From the IMG/VR virus record IMGVR_UViG_3300030376_003448: DNA of 64,000 nt; one strand, 5' to 3'. This DNA comes from an uncultured virus (IMG/VR IMGVR_UViG_3300030376_003448). Taxonomy: Duplodnaviria; Heunggongvirae; Uroviricota; Caudoviricetes. The translations under genes and the position numbers were made by a program. Of the stretch, positions 59,343 through 64,000 are shown piece by piece; position 1 is the stretch's first letter; the number at the start of each line of letters is the position of its first letter. The notes below the pieces were generated by a model. That model did not search any database, was not told the DNA's origin, and saw only the letters and a list, made by a program, of their open reading frames with translations.

Positions 59343-59394
59343 GGGGTAGCCGGACGAAAATGAAAAGCAAACAAGAAGGAATGCCGACTACCCC
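59343..59394 (-). terminator. 11 bp stem with 30 nt U-rich loop after the DUF932 gene
   Basis: minus strand GGGGTAGTCGG...CCGGCTACCCC (one G-U pair). Confidence 0.45.
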
Positions 59395-59407
59395 GATAAG
59401 TTTCTAT

Positions 59408-60394
59408 CTAAGCCACTATGCGGGCTACTGCCTCCCTCCAAGCTCTGTCCTTGGTTCTCATGCCGGTCCCTAGTAGGGCCGACTCGACTCTCTTTTCATT
59501 GACCTTCTCACCCTTTCGGTCATAGACCCATGCGTGGTCTAGGTACTCGGTCACGGTGTTGAATGACTGCCATGCCGTACCTGCCATGCCTCCGGTCGTG
59601 TTATTCTCGGTCTTCTCAAGCTCTAGGAGTCTGTCAAGCGTGTTGTTTCCTCTGGTGGTAAGACCTAGAGGGTTGTCCGTCTTGTGTATCAGCTCCTCGT
59701 CTGACTTGAGGCCCATGGCGTCAATGTAGTATTGAATCCTATCACCTATCTCCATCTCTACTTCCATGAGCTTCGACGCTTGTGAAGCAAAGTGGTGATT
59801 CAAGTGGTCGGTGATTTTTAGTGCCTCTATTGCTTGGTTGATTCTCTCATCAATTCTTGATGAGTGACGGCATGAGAGGCTTCTGGGGTTGATGCCCGCA
59901 TCCCTCATCATGCTCTCTAGGTATGCGAATTGGTTGGTGCATTGCACTCTCTGGTTTGAGGGTATGAACCTAACACCCGAAGAACCATCGTGTGACCATA
60001 TGCCGTATATGTATTGGTCTATGTCATCCATCCCGGCAATCGTGAATCCTTCGGGCATTATCATACTAACATAGCCCTTTCTGCCTCCGTCAATCATGCC
60101 TATGCGGTCATACTCAACCCTGCCTTCGCCCACTAAGCGGTCAAAGACCTTTAGCACATCGTTGTTTTGATATACTTTGTAGGTACTGCCCACGTTACCG
60201 AGGGGTTGTCCTGTGTCGTCCCTGTATGTAACACTGTGGCCCTTGTGGTGTATGAAATCCCCTCGGTGGTTCATGTACCCCGCCGGGGCTTTCTGGACTG
60301 TGAAGTCCAGCCCCGCATTTGCGAGGACTTCTTCTGCCGTCGTTCCTTCTGCCTGTTGCCCTAGTAGGGCGTATGCCGGTAATCTACCTGTCAT
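59408..60394 (-). CDS. DUF932-family phage/plasmid protein
   Basis: AGLDFTV, LG.VG..Y..YQN, SHDGS, RVQCTNQ, RHS, GTAWQ.FN.VTEYLDH. Confidence 0.85.
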   Translation of the reverse strand: MTGRLPAYALLGQQAEGTTAEEVLANAGLDFTVQKAPAGYMNHRGDFIHHKGHSVTYRDDTGQPLGNVGSTYKVYQNNDVLKVFDRLVGEGRVEYDRIGMIDGGRKGYVSMIMPEGFTIAGMDDIDQYIYGIWSHDGSSGVRFIPSNQRVQCTNQFAYLESMMRDAGINPRSLSCRHSSRIDERINQAIEALKITDHLNHHFASQASKLMEVEMEIGDRIQYYIDAMGLKSDEELIHKTDNPLGLTTRGNNTLDRLLELEKTENNTTGGMAGTAWQSFNTVTEYLDHAWVYDRKGEKVNEKRVESALLGTGMRTKDRAWREAVARIVA

Positions 60395-60476
60395 ATTATC
60401 TCCTCTCCTTCATTCCTTTTAACTCTACTGCTTTGTGTCACAAGCGTCCTTAACAATTCTTCTTCCTTTATTCTAC

Positions 60477-60692
60477 TCATGATAATACCTCGACATCATC
60501 CTCATCCTCTCCGCCCACTGTTTCCCAATGGACGAACACCGGTGGATTGCCCGTAAAGGAGCAGGTGATTCTCTCGGCTTCCGCCAATCCGGTGACGTAG
60601 CCCACGCCTTCGACGTGATACACTCCGATAACCTCTGTATCGTAATCATCGTGCATCTCCCTCCATCTTCTCAATTGTAGCTCACTGTGCAT
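60477..60692 (-). CDS. small acidic hypothetical protein
   Basis: 71 aa, AGGAGG SD. Confidence 0.55.
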   Translation of the reverse strand: MHSELQLRRWREMHDDYDTEVIGVYHVEGVGYVTGLAEAERITCSFTGNPPVFVHWETVGGEDEDDVEVLS

Positions 60693-60694
60693 TT

Positions 60695-60955
60695 CTAATC
60701 CTCCTTTAGTAAGTCCAAAGACTTTGGGGGGCTAAGGTCGAGGGCGTACATCTTCAACCCATCTCTAGGGGCAACCAATCCATTCTCCATTAGGTAGTCC
60801 CATGAGAATGAACCGAGTATCTCCTCTATGAGCTGGACTTTTGTCATGTACCCCAACCCAGAGAGCTGATACTCTGTGTCCGTCATCGGGACACCGTTCC
60901 TCTTTACTTGGCGGTCTAGTGCTTTCCTTTCATACATCGGCTTGTTCTGCTTCAT
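60695..60955 (-). CDS. hypothetical protein
   Basis: first gene after promoter module at 60995. Confidence 0.7.
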   Translation of the reverse strand: MKQNKPMYERKALDRQVKRNGVPMTDTEYQLSGLGYMTKVQLIEEILGSFSWDYLMENGLVAPRDGLKMYALDLSPPKSLDLLKED

Positions 60956-61010
60956 ATTCCTTCCTCTCCTTCATTACTTAAGAACCCGTCGTTCTGTGTC
61001 ACAAGCGTCA

Positions 61011-61388
61011 TTACTCCTCATCCCACTCGGATTCTACCTTTCTGAATCTTGGCATCCTATCGTATACTAACTCAAGTAGTACCCGGTGCGATTCAGCATC
61101 TCCGTCAAAGCATTCCATACTCTCTCCGGTCTGCCATCTGGTTAGATAGGTTAAACACAATCGCTTGATTTCTTTTGCCGTAATTCTAGAGGGGTGGTAT
61201 GTGTTATGCTCCCAATCCCATATCCTTTGAATGGCTTCCGACCTACTGTGAGTATCGTTGATGTTTAGGACGTACCCTAATATCATGGCAACATCTTCAA
61301 CATCTACTGTTTCCGGCTCCGGTCTTATTGTCATCCTGACCTGCCCGTTCTTCCTCATGGCTATTGTGCCGTGTCTGCCCACACTCAT
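61011..61388 (-). CDS. hypothetical protein
   Basis: 125 aa, AGGAGG SD, stop abuts next module. Confidence 0.7.
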   Translation of the reverse strand: MSVGRHGTIAMRKNGQVRMTIRPEPETVDVEDVAMILGYVLNINDTHSRSEAIQRIWDWEHNTYHPSRITAKEIKRLCLTYLTRWQTGESMECFDGDAESHRVLLELVYDRMPRFRKVESEWDEE

Positions 61389-61389
61389 C

Positions 61390-61524
61390 CTAATTCCTCC
61401 TATCTACGGTGTTCATCCACGCTTGTATTACCTTTACCACAAACGCCCCTTCGTCTATCTCGCCGTTGTCATATTCGTCTATCAATCTCCAAACATACTG
61501 TTTTACATCTGTCATCGTTGTCAT
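61390..61524 (-). CDS. 44 aa hypothetical protein
   Basis: MTTMTDVKQYVWRL..., downstream of module at 61576. Confidence 0.5.
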   Translation of the reverse strand: MTTMTDVKQYVWRLIDEYDNGEIDEGAFVVKVIQAWMNTVDRRN

Positions 61525-61592
61525 CTCCTTGTTCTTATCCTGTCCTTTCTTTCATTCCTTTTAACTCTGTTGAATTGTGTCGCAAGCGTCGT

Positions 61593-61778
61593 CTATGCCT
61601 CCCCAAACCTCGCTTTAGCTTCGGCTTCGGCCTCGACCCTAGTGTGGCCCCATGCGTAATTATCCTCGTTGTACCCCATCATCAACCACTCAATCAAATC
61701 ATCCTTTGATGTGCCAATCTTGTAAGGCTCATCCGGCTGGTATCTATACACGACCCACATAGGCCATCCCTTCTTCAT
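61593..61778 (-). CDS. small hypothetical protein
   Basis: 61 aa, stop abuts module. Confidence 0.6.
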   Translation of the reverse strand: MKKGWPMWVVYRYQPDEPYKIGTSKDDLIEWLMMGYNEDNYAWGHTRVEAEAEAKARFGEA

Positions 61779-62114
61779 CTACGCCACCTCCTCTTTGACA
61801 GTGTGATAAGCTGACATTGATGCGGGCCAATTTGTGTGCCTCACGTATGAGTCAATGTCCTGACCTCTCCATAGGTCATATGCGTCCCTTTGAGCGTACC
61901 CATCTCTTGATTCCTCGGCCTTTTCGTACATCAGCTCAATGATTCTTTCGCAGTGTTCTGCGATGAATCTAAGCTCGTTGGCTTTGTGGGATAGCTGGTC
62001 ATTCTGTATTGCCATAATTTGCCAATGTCTTTTGGATAGCATCTTTCTGTTTTCGATGCGCTCCCTCATCTTAGCGTTCTTTGTCGGGCTTGTTGTCTGG
62101 TTTCCTTCTTCCAT
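61779..62114 (-). CDS. hypothetical protein
   Basis: first gene after module at 62154. Confidence 0.7.
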   Translation of the reverse strand: MEEGNQTTSPTKNAKMRERIENRKMLSKRHWQIMAIQNDQLSHKANELRFIAEHCERIIELMYEKAEESRDGYAQRDAYDLWRGQDIDSYVRHTNWPASMSAYHTVKEEVA

Positions 62115-62138
62115 ATTGTGTCCTCTCCTTCGTTGTAT

Positions 62139-62381
62139 TTAACTGCTCTCATTTGTGTCACAAGCGTCATCGGCTATGCCGTGATAATCGCTACCTATAC
62201 CGAACAGGCTTTCCATGTGTTCCCAATCTCTTAACTGCCTCGCCTCCATGTAATCCTCCATTAAGATAATCTCATTATCCCCATCAAGGAACAGGCTTTT
62301 GCCATCGGTCCATTGTATCACTGTGTATAACCTCTTAGGGCCGTTTTCAATTTCGTATGTTGCTTCATCGTAATCTTTCAT
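62139..62381 (-). CDS. acidic hypothetical protein
   Basis: after module at 62421; reads through the next module. Confidence 0.65.
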   Translation of the reverse strand: MKDYDEATYEIENGPKRLYTVIQWTDGKSLFLDGDNEIILMEDYMEARQLRDWEHMESLFGIGSDYHGIADDACDTNESS

Positions 62382-62439
62382 ATTCTATCCTCCTTATCTT
62401 TTTATTTAAGTCTGTCTTTTTGTGTCACAAGCGTTGTTC

Positions 62440-62784
62440 TTACTCCTCCTCAGAGTTTGGTCCGGTGGGCCAATAATCTCCATCGTCCTCCTCATCGGCG
62501 GGCCAATCTTCACCATAGACACAGTAGTCTTGATTAAACATAGCTTGAAGGCTTGAGATAAGCGTCTTGACCTGCTTGGGTGTGAGGAATGCGTGAACGT
62601 GGTCGTTACCTGCGTTTATGCCTATGAAAGCCATGTGTGGGCGATAGCACCCCCTCTTTAGGTATAGCTCGCCACGGCCATTGAACACCGGGTCGTGCAT
62701 GGGTTTCTCGTCGGCTACCTGCCTTCGCCAATTGTATAGGGCCACCTTTACATCGGCATCCTCAATGAATTCTGTACCCATCAA
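62440..62784 (-). CDS. hypothetical protein
   Basis: 114 aa, acidic tail. Confidence 0.65.
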   Translation of the reverse strand: MMGTEFIEDADVKVALYNWRRQVADEKPMHDPVFNGRGELYLKRGCYRPHMAFIGINAGNDHVHAFLTPKQVKTLISSLQAMFNQDYCVYGEDWPADEEDDGDYWPTGPNSEEE

Positions 62785-62945
62785 TTCAGCCCCCTTGAAA
62801 CCCAGACTTCATCAATCAATGCCTTAGTATCAGCATCCCCTAACTGATACACCTTATTCAGCACTCTCTTGTATACAATCAATTCTTGTAATCTGGTTAC
62901 AATCAATTCTAATTCTTCTTTCGTGTTTGCTTCTTTGTTGCTCAT
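62781..62945 (-). CDS. 54 aa hypothetical protein
   Basis: MSNKEANTKEELEL..., first gene after module at 62985. Confidence 0.65.
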   Translation of the reverse strand: MSNKEANTKEELELIVTRLQELIVYKRVLNKVYQLGDADTKALIDEVWVSRGLN

Positions 62946-63007
62946 ATTGTGTCCTCTCCTTCATTCTATTTAACTGCTCTTATCTGTGTCACAAGCGTCG
63001 TTCTCTC

Positions 63008-63328
63008 CTACCAATCCCTAATTATGATTGTTGAATCCTCTGTGCGTCCGTTCCAATTGTACCCACCCGCTTCAATGACGATGGTGTAGAGGTCGATATC
63101 CTCGTCCTCATCAAGCCCGTAGGCTTTACGTACTTCGTCCTCGTCGGCGTACTCTGTATACTCGCAACAGATGGCGATGACATCAAGCTCAAGCTCAATG
63201 CCCCATTCTTCTTCAAGCTCTGTTAGGTACTCATACAGGGCTATTCTTCCGGGGCGGGTGAAGTTATCCTCTCGGTTCATATTCACAAATGCGTCTACAA
63301 ATGTTTGTTCGGTTACTGTCTGTTTCAT
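63008..63328 (-). CDS. highly acidic conserved phage early protein
   Basis: F.DAF...R..NF...G..ALY.YL...E....ELDVIAICCEY.EY. Confidence 0.75.
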   Translation of the reverse strand: MKQTVTEQTFVDAFVNMNREDNFTRPGRIALYEYLTELEEEWGIELELDVIAICCEYTEYADEDEVRKAYGLDEDEDIDLYTIVIEAGGYNWNGRTEDSTIIIRDW

Positions 63329-63627
63329 ATTGTGTCCTCTCCTTCATTTCTTTTAACTCTGTTGTTCTGTGTCACAAGCGTCATCTACTTCTTACTCCAC
63401 GTCCTCTTGAGCCTCTCTGCTCTAAACTGTTCGTCCTTGATTTCCCTCTTTAGATATTGGCCAATCTTTCTCGCAAATTCTGTGTTTGTGCTTCTTCTTG
63501 AATANNNNNNNNNNTTCACAAATGCGTCTACAAATGTTTGTTCGGTTACTGTCTGTTTCATATTGTGTCCTCTCCTTCATTTCTTTTAACTGTGTTGTTT
63601 TGTGTCACAAGCGTCATTTATACTCCT

Positions 63628-63816
63628 TCAAAAATACTCATCCTTCAATGCCTCTAAAGCGCATGAACGGCAATATCTATTTCCGGCGTACATTCCATCA
63701 AGCTGGATATAGAGTCTTACTGCCTCTTTTCCGCAACCCATACAACACTCGGTCATAAATAGCTCCAAATCCATAGCTTTTTTTAGGCTCATCTTCTTTC
63801 TTGTTTCTTGGTTCAT
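63628..63816 (-). CDS. small zinc-finger protein
   Basis: CMGC...CRSC; single-gene cassette between modules. Confidence 0.7.
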   Translation of the reverse strand: MNQETRKKMSLKKAMDLELFMTECCMGCGKEAVRLYIQLDGMYAGNRYCRSCALEALKDEYF

Positions 63817-63872
63817 ATTGTGTCCTCTCCTTCTTTTTATTTAACTCTGTTGTTCTGTGTCACAAGCGTCAT

Positions 63873-64000
63873 CTACTTTTTGCTCCACGGATGTGTGCCG
63901 TTCTCAACCTTCCTCTTGAGCCTCTCTACTCTAAATTGTTCGTCCTTGATTTCCCTCTTTAGATATTGGCCAATCTTTCTCGCAAATTCTGTGTTTGTGC
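63873..64000 (-). CDS. 3' end of a cassette gene (partial), near-duplicate of 63385-63504
   Basis: ...TEFARKIGQYLKREIKDEQFRVERLKRKVENGTHPWSKK stop. Confidence 0.55.
   Translation of the reverse strand, partial: TNTEFARKIGQYLKREIKDEQFRVERLKRKVENGTHPWSKK

Larger units (their letters stand above)
53168..63870 (-). repeat. 15 copies of the cassette promoter module (core GACGCTTGYGACACA, TATA, AGGAGAGG leader)
   Basis: cores start (+ coordinates) at 53213, 54974, 55963, 56733, 57828, 58895, 60434, 60995, 61576, 62154, 62421, 62985, 63368, 63601, 63856. Confidence 0.9.

Noticed and set aside
53213..63870. CRISPR array or true integron attC sites
   Set aside because: Spacing is gene-sized and irregular, the repeats contain TATA and leader sequences, there is no attC-type long hairpin, and no integrase or cas operon is present.
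1..64000. tRNA or rRNA genes
   Set aside because: No cloverleaf or rRNA-like sequence recognised in the few intergenic gaps; a tRNAscan-SE run would be needed to exclude them.

Overview
Near-complete genome of a tailed (siphovirus-type) dsDNA virus of archaea. The gene set best fits the Magrovirus-like viruses of marine Poseidoniales (Marine Group II Euryarchaeota); this is inferred from gene content, not a database search. Layout: (i) 1-1005 and about 53170-64000, a minus-strand array of small, presumably early genes that appears to continue across the window ends, with units repeatedly preceded by a conserved GACGCTTG(T/C)GACACA + TATA module (17 copies found by eye); (ii) 1006-2311, a repeat-rich non-coding tract and a small plus-strand unit; (iii) 2500-5807, a minus-strand terminase operon divergent from (iv) 6126-36646, the plus-strand morphogenesis block (portal, protease/scaffold, capsid, collagen-like fibre, 2OG-Fe(II) oxygenase, tail tube, tail chaperones with a -1 frameshift site, tape measure, giant tail-tip protein); (v) 36643-52842, a minus-strand replication and chaperone block (ERCC4 nuclease, primase, Cas4-like nuclease, PolB, clamp, recombination ATPase, GroEL/GroES, SSB-like, RFC, MCM-like, PAC2-like). 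Two related palindromic AT-rich elements lie 47 kb apart in inverted orientation. GATC and CCWGG appear to be avoided. No tRNA, CRISPR array, integrase or reverse transcriptase was seen. Functional calls rest on recognised motifs only.
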